A program made the translations under genes and the position numbers. Shown piece by piece: positions 1 to 8,520 of a stretch of DNA of 15,902 bases. Where the stretch lies: positions 1 through 15,902 of the IMG/VR virus record IMGVR_UViG_3300045988_117751. One strand, 5' to 3'. The DNA is from a virus. Under the pieces are notes generated by a model. The model searched no databases and was not told the DNA's origin. It was given only the letters and a program-made list of their open reading frames with translations. Every line of letters starts with the position of its first letter. Positions within the stretch are counted from its first letter, which is position 1.

Positions 1-27
1 TATGCCTATTCTATTCCAACCCTGTAC
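1..27. repeat. Left inverted terminal repeat (27 bp perfect; 31/32 if extended to nt 32)
   Basis: nt 1-27 TATGCCTATTCTATTCCAACCCTGTAC equals the reverse complement of nt 15876-15902. The first mismatch is at position 28 and positions 29-32 match again. Confidence 0.9.
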
Positions 28-47
28 ACCATTTGTACTTAAATATT

Positions 48-86
48 AAAAAATTATACAGGCTACCATTGCGGCAACCTGTATAA
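48..86 (-). terminator. Rho-independent terminator closing the late (structural) operon
   Basis: On the minus strand, just after the stop at 92-94: stem TTATACAGG (54-62) pairs with CCTGTATAA (78-86), with a 15-nt loop. A run of six T follows on the minus strand (plus-strand A run 48-53). Confidence 0.75.
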
Positions 87-91
87 TTAAA

Positions 92-1714
92 TTATTCTTC
101 TATATTATCATTACCAAATACACCATGAGCATAAATAGCAGTAATGTCTGTAAGGTCTGTTTTAACTCTGTATAATATTTTTCCTTCGTTAGTTATGTAA
201 ACACAACATGGTATTGCTCCTTCAGTAGTTGAAATGGCAATCGCTGACAATGGGTTATTTACTAAAGGAAGATATAAGTTGTTAATGCTACCATAGTTAA
301 CAAGGGTATTTAATGTTGGATTATCAATTTTTAAGCTGATAATATTAGCGAATTTAGTCCTTCTATAGCTAATGTCTTTATTCGATACAGGTGTTTTTAA
401 AGCTGGATAATATTTTCTTGTGTATGTGTTAAAACCTTCAATTACATTATACCAGTTAAGTACGCCGTTTGTTGGCAACCCACCTGCACTACTCCTTGAA
501 TTAATATAAATAAAATCAGTATCTACTACAGGCACAAATGGTAGTATAAATAAGTTCCTATAACCTGTTTCGCCATAATCACTAGCCAGACTCGTGTTAT
601 TAGAATCGGATACACCGGGGTAAATTGATGTTTTTCCGCTATTCTTATTATACTCATAGTCAATAGAAATTATCAGTGTATATTGCCTGTCTTTTTTAAA
701 TCCATTAACAGGTGTACAAGTTGTTGTGCCATTGAAATTTTCTATTGTGTTTTTTGTGCTTGCGCCTATATTATTAACAGGTAACGTATAATTGCTATAC
801 GGTAATCTAGCCGCCATCACCAACTGATTGAAATAAGGTGTTAAATATTTGGCTATTTTGGGAACTGTTCCAACCTCCCAAACAGTGTAAACCGCATCGT
901 TATTAACACAACTGAAAACAGCACTGTGATTGATGCCAAAAAACGAGGGGTCTGTTCCGCCACCTTCAAGGTTGTAGAAAAGTATATCACCGGTTTTTAA
1001 TTCGTTTACGCTTTTAGGCTTAAAGCAATATCCTCTATCATACAGCCACTGACATAACTGACCAGAAAATTTCCATGTTGTATCATCAGCATCGTCGCCG
1101 CTTGAATAGAAATCTTTAATATCCTGATTTTCAAAAAGCAAATTATTCATGATATTATTTTTTCCGTTATATTTTGAGTTGTTAAATGTTACCCCTAATA
1201 GTAAAAGCATAACAAAAGTAGAACAGTTAATTTCATATTTGTTATCAACTTTTTCAACATTTTTTCGGAAAGCGGCATGTTTGTATCCATATACGAAATC
1301 ATTTCTGTTAACATAAGTGTTTGCGGTATTAGCTATTTCAGTGTAAGCCTGTGTCGAATTTGTAATTTTCGGTTGCATAGGTAAAAGAGCTGTTACTATA
1401 GCGGTTGTTAAACTGCCATCTTTAAGCATCGCATCCAGTTTGTTGTTAATTTCATTCTGAACATCCAGATTGTTAAAGTAATTATTAACATATCCTTGTA
1501 ATTCAACATATGCCTTATGCAAATTAGTTACATCGCCGTGTAAAGTGTCGACATCCTCCATAGTTTTATTAAGATAATCAACAACCTTACAAAGCAACTC
1601 ATAATAACTTAAACTATCATCATACACCAATGGCAACACTTTCTGACACCAATATCTAAATGGCTGTAGCTCTCTATACTCACCTAAAGGTGGCGTAAAA
1701 TTAGCATTACTCAT
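92..1714 (-). CDS. Tail appendage / receptor-binding protein (gp12 position) with an internal NlpC/P60-like cysteine peptidase domain
   Basis: ATG at 1714 with RBS AAAGGGGA 8 nt upstream. It is the last gene of the structural operon, after the lower collar, as gp12 is in phi29. The N-terminal segment FTPPLGEYRELQPFRYWCQKVLPLVYDDSLSYYELL looks like the conserved anchor of Firmicutes phage tail fibres. Residues ~135-305 carry INCSTFV (Cys), GDILFY and INHSAVF (His), typical of NlpC/P60. The C-terminal ~230 aa are unrecognised and presumably bind the receptor. Confidence 0.7.
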   Translation of the reverse strand: MSNANFTPPLGEYRELQPFRYWCQKVLPLVYDDSLSYYELLCKVVDYLNKTMEDVDTLHGDVTNLHKAYVELQGYVNNYFNNLDVQNEINNKLDAMLKDGSLTTAIVTALLPMQPKITNSTQAYTEIANTANTYVNRNDFVYGYKHAAFRKNVEKVDNKYEINCSTFVMLLLLGVTFNNSKYNGKNNIMNNLLFENQDIKDFYSSGDDADDTTWKFSGQLCQWLYDRGYCFKPKSVNELKTGDILFYNLEGGGTDPSFFGINHSAVFSCVNNDAVYTVWEVGTVPKIAKYLTPYFNQLVMAARLPYSNYTLPVNNIGASTKNTIENFNGTTTCTPVNGFKKDRQYTLIISIDYEYNKNSGKTSIYPGVSDSNNTSLASDYGETGYRNLFILPFVPVVDTDFIYINSRSSAGGLPTNGVLNWYNVIEGFNTYTRKYYPALKTPVSNKDISYRRTKFANIISLKIDNPTLNTLVNYGSINNLYLPLVNNPLSAIAISTTEGAIPCCVYITNEGKILYRVKTDLTDITAIYAHGVFGNDNIEE

Positions 1715-1729
1715 TTCAATATCCCCTTT

Positions 1730-2608
1730 CTACCATAACCCGAAAAATAAATCTTTGAACTCATCAATAACCTGCATATCAATGTTAATAAAAGTATCCC
1801 TATACTCAATCAGCATCTTACTATAACTTCCACCACCCATTTTCCCCGTAACACTCTCACTAAAAGCATCCCCCTTCGTACCGCTCTTAGCATTGGTATT
1901 ATTCAACGTGCTGTTAACCGTCTGACTATTAACACCCTTAACTTCACTTGTCCCAGCATCAGTAACAGTCTCGTCAACATCCGTATTACTATTACCGCTA
2001 TCCGTAACCTTCCTAGCGTTCGTTAAATATGTTTCATTTTCAACTCCAGTCAACGCCCCCTGTGGAGTATCACTATACAAGTCTTTAGAAGTCCCACCGG
2101 TACTCCCAACCTCTGTTGTTTTTCCGGTTCTCGTATTACCTGTCTTACCAGTATCCGTGCTACTTCCTTCACTCTGGGTCTGTCCCTTATTCTCATAACT
2201 GCCATGCTCTGTTTCCGTAACATCCCTCTGACTACTTCTCGTATAATCCACATCATAGAATGGTTCAAACTTTAACTTAGCGCTTTCATACAACTGGTTA
2301 TAATAAGGCATAATTTCTTCAAACTTAGTGTTCATCCAGAGCATCCAAATACCAACAGTCTCAGCACCTATCTCCCTCAGATAGTAATGTTTCAAAACCT
2401 TACTAACCAGTTTCTCACGATAAGCTTCATCAAAGATAGCGAAGTTAGACGTAACTACCTTATTCCAGCTATTACTCAGCACTTCATCCACATCAGAAGC
2501 ACCAACGCTACCCTCAAGTCCAGCTTTCTGTTCGCAAATAAATCTCACTTCTGTAGTATACTTACTCACCTTCCTCACCGCCTTCACTATCAACTTCACC
2601 GTCAACAT
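1730..2608 (-). CDS. Lower collar protein (gp11-like); start uncertain
   Basis: 292-aa ORF directly after the connector gene, matching the size and position of phi29 gp11. It has a central Thr/Ser/Gly-rich low-complexity segment. The ATG at 2608 has no obvious RBS and overlaps the connector by 47 nt. An in-frame GTG at 2569 overlaps the connector stop (GTGAGTAA) and may be the real start. Confidence 0.6.
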   Translation of the reverse strand: MLTVKLIVKAVRKVSKYTTEVRFICEQKAGLEGSVGASDVDEVLSNSWNKVVTSNFAIFDEAYREKLVSKVLKHYYLREIGAETVGIWMLWMNTKFEEIMPYYNQLYESAKLKFEPFYDVDYTRSSQRDVTETEHGSYENKGQTQSEGSSTDTGKTGNTRTGKTTEVGSTGGTSKDLYSDTPQGALTGVENETYLTNARKVTDSGNSNTDVDETVTDAGTSEVKGVNSQTVNSTLNNTNAKSGTKGDAFSESVTGKMGGGSYSKMLIEYRDTFINIDMQVIDEFKDLFFGLW

Positions 2609-3440
2609 CAGGAATCTGGAAATCTTCTCTATACTTCACGCTCACGTCCAGACCAAACAAATCATTAATCCTATCACACGCCTGTTCTCTCATAGCCAGT
2701 CTGCTATACCTACTCGCAACAGTTCCACCCTGGCTTCTCGTAACCTCATCAGTTATCAACCTTTCCCTCTTCTGATAACTAACATTGCTAATACCCAAGT
2801 ACGTCAGCGCTTCATTCCAAATCTGGCTTTTTAACTCATACAGTTTATCAGCGACAAAGGGTGCATCTGTTTTAAGAACTCCGAACCCCTTAATGTCCAA
2901 GTTCTTATCTCCAAATAAAACAGGACTATTACCGTCATACTCCTTATAGACATTTAAGAGTGACAACCTCTGTTTCTCATCGCACTGAATAAGAACAGGA
3001 GTTTTTTGTGCTTTAGCATTAATGTCAATCGCGCTATCTAAATCCCACAATCTTTGAGCGTAATACATGACATCCTGAGCACTCGGAACTCTCATATAGT
3101 TGTTCCATATAATGACACTATCTTTATCAGTGAAAGAGTCAGAATTGTAACCACTATATCGACTGTACGCTCTACGGACTTTAGGCTCACCATAGACATC
3201 AAAACTACCATTAGCCAGACACCCCAGAGCCAAATACCCCAGAACATCATCCTTAAAAAATAACGTCTGACCTGTCAGAAACAACTCCATTTCAAGATAT
3301 CTCACATCAACGCTTTCCGGTAATCCCTCCCACTTAAACATACTCATAGATAACTCGCATAATCTTCTCAGGTACATGTTATTTGAAAGCATGTTTTTCG
3401 CCAAACTTGACGAGAAATTATTTTTACCTCTTCTTCCCAC
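2562..3440 (-). CDS. Head-tail connector / portal (upper collar, gp10-like)
   Basis: The segment NAKAQKTPVLIQCDEKQRLSLLNVYKEYDGNSPVLF parallels the phi29 gp10 connector as I recall it (NAQKTPVLI..QLSL..VY..YEGNAPVIF). FKWEGLPESV parallels FEWENLPPTI. The N-terminus is basic (MGRRGK). The start codon is GTG at 3440, 8 nt after AGGAGG. Confidence 0.9.
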   Translation of the reverse strand: MGRRGKNNFSSSLAKNMLSNNMYLRRLCELSMSMFKWEGLPESVDVRYLEMELFLTGQTLFFKDDVLGYLALGCLANGSFDVYGEPKVRRAYSRYSGYNSDSFTDKDSVIIWNNYMRVPSAQDVMYYAQRLWDLDSAIDINAKAQKTPVLIQCDEKQRLSLLNVYKEYDGNSPVLFGDKNLDIKGFGVLKTDAPFVADKLYELKSQIWNEALTYLGISNVSYQKRERLITDEVTRSQGGTVASRYSRLAMREQACDRINDLFGLDVSVKYREDFQIPDVDGEVDSEGGEEGE

Positions 3441-3457
3441 TTCATCACCCTCCTTTC

Positions 3458-5026
3458 CTAACTTATAGCACTGGGACTATTATCCAGATGATACTGCCCG
3501 ATTTCACTACCTTTTTTCCAAAAGGTAATACCGTTATCATAAATACCGCATATTTTTCTCATGTCATCACACGGTATACTACCAGTTATCGTGCACCCTA
3601 CGGTTTTCACGTAGTTCCAATGAGGTCGAGAGTTTCTGTTTGGTCTAACCAACTGTTTTACTGCATACCCGAAACGAGTAAAATAATCATCAATAACAAT
3701 AGCATTATCCAGATTAATGCTACACCTCGTATAGTAAAACTGGTTTTGTCTATGAGCTGTGATAGCACTACCAGAATTAAAGTTTCCACTACTAACGTCT
3801 GCTCCTCTCTTTGCTTTATACGCACCACTTATAGTATTTGTGACAGCACTTAAAGCGTTCACACCCCCAGCCGCTGTAGCAAGTCCACCTCCACCAGCCA
3901 ACGCACTAATACCAGCGAACAGTGCGTTTAGAGCCGCTGAAAAAGTATTTGGTACAGCCGTTTGCGCTATGTAAGCCTGATACCCGTCTATAGCCCAACT
4001 ACACATAGGAAAAGAGTTTAACTCTAAACTTTCTGTAGGACACAGAGTTGTTCCCTTGTACCCTATCGGTCGACATATTGCCTGTACAGGCTGGGTTATT
4101 GATGTAAGTAATTCAAAACCATATCTACCGTTTGTTGCTTGCATGAACTCATAACGTAAGTTCATTTTGTTTCCCGAACCATTACAGACCTCCATATAAT
4201 TATACGGATAACTGTACAGTTTTTTGTTTTTCGGTCTGTACCCGTTTAATGTTTCATTACCAGTTAAGGCATCAACAGCAGAAAGAAAGTCTGTTGAGAT
4301 ATCCTGATTAAGTAGTTCTTTACCCCCGTCTGGAATTTCGGAGTTTAAAGCTCGTAACGGGCACGTGTAAATAGCTTGGATATTATCTGTTTTTTGAGCC
4401 ATAGTTTTAAGGTGTTCGTTAATGCCGTGTGTGTCTGTACCCTTAAACGCCATGATAACACCGCTACCATAGATACCTTCGTAGTTTCTACCATTTCCCA
4501 AACTGTCTGTAACATTGATTTCGTTTATCAATACAGCTAATTCTGAAAGGTCACCAAATAATTCGTGATACCCCTCATTTCTAACATACTCACCAACTTC
4601 AAAATTTTCTGGGACTAAATTACTCCCTACCTCGTCTGTTGCTGTATGCTCTCTTTCTACGAAACAATAGTCCAGCGTGTAGTCAAAAAACCATGTTTGC
4701 ATAACGTCAATTTCAAATGCAATTTCAGATGTTTCATTGTTCACATACTCTACACTTTTAATAAATGCATAAAACCATTTATTTCCATAGTTAGTATTCT
4801 GAAACATCATATAATTGCAGTCGTACAGATTATCGGCTTTAACCCTAACCCTAGCCACACCTCTCTTAACTCTCTGGTATGTATAGTTTGTCAGGTTATA
4901 CTTTGTCAAACCAATAAAATAATTCGACTGACTGGCTTTATCTGCAAAGTAAATTGTGTGGTCGTAAGTTGTATCTAAAGGGCAATCCTTCAAAATCTTA
5001 ATATTTGTGCCGGGCTCGATATACAT
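3458..5026 (-). CDS. Tail knob / major tail protein (gp9-like)
   Basis: The N-terminus has the Caudoviral major tail N-terminal pattern (KILKDCPLDTTYDHTIYF..YQRV..NYMMFQN..NKWFYAFI..IDVMQTW). It lies just upstream of the connector, as gene 9 does in phi29. A hydrophobic Gly/Ala-rich loop spans aa ~355-403. ATG at 5026. Confidence 0.85.
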   Translation of the reverse strand: MYIEPGTNIKILKDCPLDTTYDHTIYFADKASQSNYFIGLTKYNLTNYTYQRVKRGVARVRVKADNLYDCNYMMFQNTNYGNKWFYAFIKSVEYVNNETSEIAFEIDVMQTWFFDYTLDYCFVEREHTATDEVGSNLVPENFEVGEYVRNEGYHELFGDLSELAVLINEINVTDSLGNGRNYEGIYGSGVIMAFKGTDTHGINEHLKTMAQKTDNIQAIYTCPLRALNSEIPDGGKELLNQDISTDFLSAVDALTGNETLNGYRPKNKKLYSYPYNYMEVCNGSGNKMNLRYEFMQATNGRYGFELLTSITQPVQAICRPIGYKGTTLCPTESLELNSFPMCSWAIDGYQAYIAQTAVPNTFSAALNALFAGISALAGGGGLATAAGGVNALSAVTNTISGAYKAKRGADVSSGNFNSGSAITAHRQNQFYYTRCSINLDNAIVIDDYFTRFGYAVKQLVRPNRNSRPHWNYVKTVGCTITGSIPCDDMRKICGIYDNGITFWKKGSEIGQYHLDNSPSAIS

Positions 5027-5027
5027 A

Positions 5028-5417
5028 TTATTTCAGCTCCCTATACTCAAACTCAAACAAAATTGCTTTATAACCAGCGTCAACGCCAGAAATATAACAG
5101 CCACCAGCACTATCAATACCGAGTATAGGGATAGCTTTCCCAGCAACCCCCGGGGATTTTTCAATAACAGCAACGTTGAAATCCGTAATACTGATAGGGC
5201 TAGAAAAGTATATAGCATTGTTGTCAGTATTAAAGCTTGCACCTGCAACCCCACTTTCTGTGAGTACACCCTCACGCAACATGATAGAACCTGTTTTCCA
5301 GTTCAGTCCGAAATGTTTATTTGCTTTCTGACCATATCGGATATTTTCGCCCACCGTAGGGTAAACATTACCGGCACTATCAATATAATCCGCTGGATAG
5401 TATGTGCTTTTATTCAT
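5028..5417 (-). CDS. Hypothetical structural protein (position of the phi29 gp8.5 head fibre)
   Basis: ATG at 5417 with RBS AGAGGTG. The stop TAA is one nt before the tail-knob ATG. It lies between the capsid and tail-knob genes. No motif recognised. Confidence 0.5.
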   Translation of the reverse strand: MNKSTYYPADYIDSAGNVYPTVGENIRYGQKANKHFGLNWKTGSIMLREGVLTESGVAGASFNTDNNAIYFSSPISITDFNVAVIEKSPGVAGKAIPILGIDSAGGCYISGVDAGYKAILFEFEYRELK

Positions 5418-5438
5418 GTTAACACCTCTTTCATATAT

Positions 5439-5463
5439 GGTGGGCTAGTCAAACCAACCCACC
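5439..5463 (-). promoter_or_regulatory. Stem-loop just downstream of the capsid gene (possible attenuator or mRNA stabiliser)
   Basis: GGTGGG (5439-5444) pairs with CCCACC (5458-5463) around a 13-nt loop, in the 93-nt gap after the capsid stop. No T tract follows on the minus strand, so it is not a canonical terminator. Confidence 0.3.
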
Positions 5464-5510
5464 ATCGCACAACATATAGATTATTTGTTAACTTGTTAAA
5501 CTTTTTTCAA

Positions 5511-6920
5511 TCAACCTTTATTCATAACCACGGTTGCTCCCACATCGCTAGCACTTGTGATATTGGTGGCTCCTGTATAAGTTACGCCATTGATTGTTGC
5601 GACAAGTTTAATTTTTGTATCGGCTTTCGTAGCTGGCACAAGGAGGGCTCCGAACGGATGAACTGCAATACCGTCAGTTGTAAGCTGTTCGGTCTGAACA
5701 AATGTAACATTGTTCGGTGCAAGTGTAGCACCGTCTGCGCTAGCCTTAAGCGTAAGAGTAACAGCTTCCTCAGAAACACTCTTGTCTACAATTTCTGCTG
5801 TAATACTTGCCGGTTCAGCAATAGTAGCTGTATCAGTAACAAATACAACTGCATTGGCGAATGGACTTGTTGAAACTGTTTTCCACTGATGATAGAAGTA
5901 ATTCCAGTACAGTCCAGATGCTACATAGTTTTCTGTAAACTGATTCTTGTTATCATAAACCTGAAACCAATTTTCATCACAAATAATAGCCTTAACATCT
6001 GTCATCAGTGCAAGCTCATCCGCTGTCACCTCTTCGATGCCTGTACAGTTCTCACGGATTTCATTAAATCTGGCATTGTCAAATGTACCCCAGTTGTCAA
6101 TAAGGAAAAGTCTACCCATGAAGTCAGCTTTGTCCATATTGAACGCACCAGCCAGAACATCCACATCAAACTCTGCGTTAAAGTCTGCGTCCATGAAAAT
6201 AACCTGTCTGTCTTTTGGTGTAGTTGTCTTAACACCGGAATCGTTGTAGTCAGAACTCATGAAAGGCAGTTTATTTGAAGTACCTCTGAATTTCTTTGCT
6301 GCATCTGTGAGTTTTGTACCGTCACCTACAGACATCGGGTACATGTGACCATGTGATACAGCCTTGATGATAAGATACTTAAACAGTAAGAACTCGTCAT
6401 AATTTGCAGCTGTGTAAACAGAATCTACGATTTTAGCAATAAGATTCTGCACACCGTCCATAGATAAGAAAGCCTGTTTTAAATCCTCGTCCTGGATTGT
6501 AACCGGGTACATAACACGCCAGTTCATGACATGGAAAGCTGAACGTACATCCGGGAAGGTTCTCTTGAACTCTCTTGCACTGGCTTTCTCAGGGTCGAAC
6601 TCTACGACTTTAGCGATAGATACGAAAATATCTTCGACTGTTTCACCAAACTCGATATAACCCTTTTTAAGAATCTCATATGGGTTGTTAAATGTTGCAC
6701 TCTGTACTCTTACAAGCGCAATCCTGTTCACCAGTGCATTGATAAACTGGTTTGCTAAAGCCGGTGTACCATAAAGGACATCTCCGACTTTAACAACGTC
6801 TTCTGCTGTTGCTACAACCGGTACGTTCTGCTGGTAGTCATAACTTGCGTTCTGACGAATCACATTGAGAATATCAATGGTTGAAGCGTTCAGCGTATTT
6901 ACTGCAATTTTACGTGGCAA
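5511..6920 (-). CDS. Major capsid protein (gp8-like) with a C-terminal Ig-like domain
   Basis: 469 aa immediately after the scaffold gene. The C-terminal ~95 aa (ASITAEIVDKSV..TLTLKASADGATL..KIKLVATINGVTYTG) look like a Big_2/Ig-like domain, as in phi29 gp8. The start codon is TTG at 6920, 9 nt after GGAG. There is no in-frame ATG for more than 100 codons. Confidence 0.85.
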   Translation of the reverse strand: MPRKIAVNTLNASTIDILNVIRQNASYDYQQNVPVVATAEDVVKVGDVLYGTPALANQFINALVNRIALVRVQSATFNNPYEILKKGYIEFGETVEDIFVSIAKVVEFDPEKASAREFKRTFPDVRSAFHVMNWRVMYPVTIQDEDLKQAFLSMDGVQNLIAKIVDSVYTAANYDEFLLFKYLIIKAVSHGHMYPMSVGDGTKLTDAAKKFRGTSNKLPFMSSDYNDSGVKTTTPKDRQVIFMDADFNAEFDVDVLAGAFNMDKADFMGRLFLIDNWGTFDNARFNEIRENCTGIEEVTADELALMTDVKAIICDENWFQVYDNKNQFTENYVASGLYWNYFYHQWKTVSTSPFANAVVFVTDTATIAEPASITAEIVDKSVSEEAVTLTLKASADGATLAPNNVTFVQTEQLTTDGIAVHPFGALLVPATKADTKIKLVATINGVTYTGATNITSASDVGATVVMNKG

Positions 6921-6934
6921 TTTAATTCACTCCT

Positions 6935-7216
6935 TTACTTAAATAAATCTTCAAAAGTTTTCGGTGCTTCTGGTTCTTCTTTTACCTCTTCCCGTTCTTC
7001 TTTTTTCTCAAAAAATCTGTCTCTGTATTTTTCTCTCCACTGTTTATCGTTTTCCTCGTATTTTTTTTTCCAATCTTCCTGACCCTCTGTTTTATTTTTA
7101 AGGTCTGAAAGTGTATCTGTAACATCTTCAAGAAGTTCAAGGTCAGTATCCTCGGTGCTTTCACCTACTCGAGTTCTAATACTTTCCAGAATTTCCTCAG
7201 TTGTACGTACAGCCAT
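6935..7216 (-). CDS. Scaffolding protein (gp7-like)
   Basis: 93 aa, highly charged and helical (E/K/D-rich), directly upstream of the capsid gene, similar in size to phi29 gp7. I prefer the ATG at 7216 (RBS GGGGGT 7 nt upstream) over the TTG at 7249 used by the ORF track. Confidence 0.7.
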   Translation of the reverse strand: MAVRTTEEILESIRTRVGESTEDTDLELLEDVTDTLSDLKNKTEGQEDWKKKYEENDKQWREKYRDRFFEKKEEREEVKEEPEAPKTFEDLFK

Positions 7217-7217
7217 A

Positions 7218-7388
7218 TTATTTACCCCCATTCTCATAATCTTCGTCAATGATTTTCCAGTTCTTCGGGTTAAGAAATTCGCTAATTCGCATGCTTAATG
7301 GCGCATCGGGTGAAACATATACGCCACTTGAATCAATTTTCACTCTAAAACCAGAAACGTGTTCATATGTCCCATAAACAAACATCAT
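7218..7388 (-). CDS. Hypothetical 56-aa protein
   Basis: Below the ORF-track size cut-off. GGAGG (7396-7400) lies 7 nt before ATGATG at 7388. Translates to MMFVYGTYEHVSGFRVKIDSSGVYVSPDAPLSMRISEFLNPKNWKIIDEDYENGGK. It exactly fills the gap between the hydrolase stop and the scaffold start. Confidence 0.55.
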   Translation of the reverse strand: MMFVYGTYEHVSGFRVKIDSSGVYVSPDAPLSMRISEFLNPKNWKIIDEDYENGGK

Positions 7389-7400
7389 AATGTAACCTCC

Positions 7401-8519
7401 TTATAAATGATAATTAATCTTCATCCAGACAGGCATTTTCTTAATCGGGTCTCTTGTATTTGTTCCGGGCTGTTTGGGGTCGATAGTTTTTAAGATATCA
7501 AACCACTTCCTTGCATACTCAGCTCTTTCCATGTGTACGCTTGCCGGTCTTTCGTAACAAGCTTGCCAAACAAGTGCAAGGAAACCGGGGTCTTGTGTAC
7601 TCTTAATGAAGTCATTCCACGACATACGATATTGAGCTGGTGCCAAACTTTCGTACCACTGTGGGTCTATACCCCAGTCTTTAACGCCAGTCGATTGCTC
7701 AAATTCTGCTTCGATAGCATCACACTGATAGTTTCCGTTTGCGTAATCAGCCCAGTCATATCCTAGAGCGTTAAAAACTTCATGCAACGGGTTTAAACCT
7801 GAGTATCTATCTACGGGAGTCCACTGGACTAAACCAGTTCCTTTTCCCTCATCTGGATAGGGGACATGCTGTTCAAGCAACGCTGGGTTGAAACGAGACT
7901 CTTCCATAATGTTTCCGCATAGTGCGGCAATGGATTGCAATGACCAACCCTTAAAATAAAAGTAAGAATATATACAGGCGGCATTGTTTTTCTGCTTATC
8001 GCCATAGTCCTCAAAGTATTCGGAGTTACTACCAATTACCCATGTGTAACCTACTTCTCCACTTGCACCTTCACCATATCGCCATATCCGTGGAAAGGTT
8101 CTTCTGTATGTAGCATCGCCACTACTTGAACCAATTGAAACTTGGTTTGCTAAAGGTGCGTTGTCCGTGTGTGCACCCATAAAAATAGCAGAGCCTTCAC
8201 CACCCTCGTAACACATTTCTGTGTGCGTACTCGATACACCTATATCCCCGGGCTTGATGATTCCTGATGCTGTAACATCTGTGAACCCTAAAGATTGTAA
8301 TACACCTTCCATTGTGTAAGTTGTAAAGGCGTTGCTATTTGGAGCGTAACCGGGTGTTTCCCAGCCTCCAGCTAATAAGGCGTAATTGATAAAAGAGCTA
8401 CAGTCATAGTATGTGATACCGTTAACTGTTTGCTGGTTTCTGTATGCCTGAGAATATCCCACGTTAGGTAAATTACAACATGTAACAGCCCATGTATAAG
8501 CGACATTAATATCTGGCAT
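7401..8519 (-). CDS. Bifunctional peptidoglycan hydrolase: N-terminal CHAP/NlpC-P60-type cysteine peptidase plus C-terminal phage tail lysozyme-like domain (gp13-like and/or endolysin)
   Basis: N-terminal domain: YYDCSSFINYAL (Cys40) and PGDIGVSSTHTEMCY (His99). C-terminal domain: SIAALCGNIMEESRFNP and GTGLVQWT, typical of the lysozyme-like fold of phi29 gp13-type tail lysins. ATG at 8519 with RBS GGGGGTGA. Confidence 0.85.
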   Translation of the reverse strand: MPDINVAYTWAVTCCNLPNVGYSQAYRNQQTVNGITYYDCSSFINYALLAGGWETPGYAPNSNAFTTYTMEGVLQSLGFTDVTASGIIKPGDIGVSSTHTEMCYEGGEGSAIFMGAHTDNAPLANQVSIGSSSGDATYRRTFPRIWRYGEGASGEVGYTWVIGSNSEYFEDYGDKQKNNAACIYSYFYFKGWSLQSIAALCGNIMEESRFNPALLEQHVPYPDEGKGTGLVQWTPVDRYSGLNPLHEVFNALGYDWADYANGNYQCDAIEAEFEQSTGVKDWGIDPQWYESLAPAQYRMSWNDFIKSTQDPGFLALVWQACYERPASVHMERAEYARKWFDILKTIDPKQPGTNTRDPIKKMPVWMKINYHL

Positions 8520-8520
8520 A

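Noticed and set aside
2050-2268. Same-strand, alternate-frame ORFs nested in larger genes (2050-2268, 5033-5275, 5582-5779, 6026-6235, 6982-7164, 7829-8035, 10939-11136, 12858-13064)
   Set aside because: They are fully embedded in better-supported reading frames and lack RBSs. Their basic, Arg/Leu-rich composition is typical of off-frame translation.
5007-5873. 288-aa plus-strand ORF, plus the other plus-strand ORFs at 2387-2668, 3054-3263, 3383-3853, 3759-3974, 4646-4978, 5889-6278, 6037-6249 and 7533-7766
   Set aside because: All lie antisense to strongly supported structural genes with recognisable motifs. They have no RBS context and give low-complexity or Cys/Ile-rich translations typical of shadow ORFs.
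7217-7249. TTG-initiated extension of the scaffold ORF
   Set aside because: It overlaps the 3' end of the 56-aa ORF and has no RBS. The ATG at 7216 follows GGGGGT with 7-nt spacing.
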